Assembly (NCBI RefSeq): GCF_009834535.1
Contig: NC_045696.1
Location: forward strand, 100,566,001 to 100,630,000
DNA from: Camelus ferus
Lineage: Eukaryota
DNA length: 64,000 nt
Direction: 5' to 3'
Shown: one piece after another, positions 63,045 through 64,000 of the stretch
Layout: each line of letters opens with the position of its first letter
Numbering within the stretch: position 1 is the first letter of the stretch
Position numbers and translations under genes: made by a program
Notes under the pieces: generated by a model
The model's database searches: none
What the model was told of the DNA's origin: nothing
What the model saw: the letters and a program-made list of their open reading frames with translations, nothing else

Positions 63045-63210
63045 ACTCAAGAAATCTAAGTTCTAGTCCCACTTGTGCCATGAATTAGTTTTTAACTTTT
63101 AGGCAAATGTTTAATTTGAAAGAAGCTCAGTTTTCTCATCTGTGAAGCCAGAGCCTCAGATTGACTAATCTCCAGTTTCAGTTCCAGCTTTTAAAAATCT
63201 GTGATTCTGT
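63045..63210 (+). mobile_element. MIR/MIR3 SINE
   Basis: aagttctagtccc...ctcagttttctcatctgtgaa...ttccagc...tctgtgattct. Confidence 0.6.
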
Positions 63211-64000
63211 TTATTTTCATATTCTACAAATATTTTATGTATATTCAAGGAATGATATTGGTATGCATTATTATAGTGAATAAATATTTGGTTTCTCTTT
63301 TCCAAGGTAACTATTTACTGTCGATATAGTTACAGTAAGCCAAGTTAATTATATGTTTCTCTTACTTAGCTCTTGTCTCATAGAAGAGATAGAAACGTGA
63401 AATTATAAAATTATATGGAATAAATCACATCGCTAAGCATGTATTTCCAAGAAGACAAACTAAGTAAAGCATGGGCTCCTATTTTTTTCTTTGTAATGAA
63501 TTGTTATTCTATATATAATCCCATATTCCTATATATTATGTAATATGTATATGCATTTAAGACATATCCTATTAAGTCCACTGACTTTACAATTATAAAT
63601 CTAAATGAATAGTAGATATAACCTTAAAAAGTTTACTGAAATTTAAATTTAAGTCTTATAATTTGATTTTAATTACAAATAATGCTTATATCACTTCCAA
63701 TTATTTTAACTTTCATATTATTCAGGTCTACTCAGGTAGTGATATAATGTAGTGACTGCATTTAGTTTTTTGCAGCCATTGTCTAATCTAAATTTATTTT
63801 ATTGACTTAACAAAATTACTTTCCAGTATTTCAGCACTGTTTGTGATACTGTCTCATAATGTTATATGATTTATATATTTCAGTGAAAAAATTGGGCAGG
63901 TAAGGTTTTGATATGGTACCAGAAAACAAGGAAATCCTACCACTATTAAAGCCTTGATGTTGAAATTTAGGGCTTAGTATAAAAGATCCAAAGTGAGATG

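Noticed and set aside
1..64000. CRISPR arrays, operons, rRNA or other prokaryote-type systems
   Set aside because: Sequence is mammalian; no repeat-spacer arrays, dense ORFs or rRNA motifs seen.

Overview
AT-rich, repeat-dense mammalian DNA (intron or gene desert) with no recognisable intact host protein-coding gene. Four tRNA-Ala(AGC)-derived SINEs resembling the camelid Vic-1 type suggest an alpaca/camel genome (inference). The dominant feature is a young, full-length, minus-strand LINE-1 (12076-19205) with a 17-bp TSD, CpG-rich 5'UTR, intact ORF1, a 404-nt inter-ORF spacer containing a 75-codon ORF that stops just inside ORF2, and an ORF2 disabled by 3 stops and 1 frameshift. Other repeats include truncated or rearranged L1s (one probable 3' transduction, two inversions), solo LTRs with TSDs, MaLR/ERVL relics (pol and dUTPase), MIR/L2/MER5A and microsatellites. 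The most notable less-ordinary signals are a ~1-kb Mutator-like (MULE) DNA transposon fossil with a readable DDE transposase core (4462-5474), splice-signal-bounded minus-strand segments that may be exons of a decayed unidentified gene (10.7-44 kb), and a TGACAG (TALE/MEIS motif) cluster at ~7 kb. Repeat subfamily names come from my recall of consensus motifs, not from a database search, and old-repeat boundaries are approximate.
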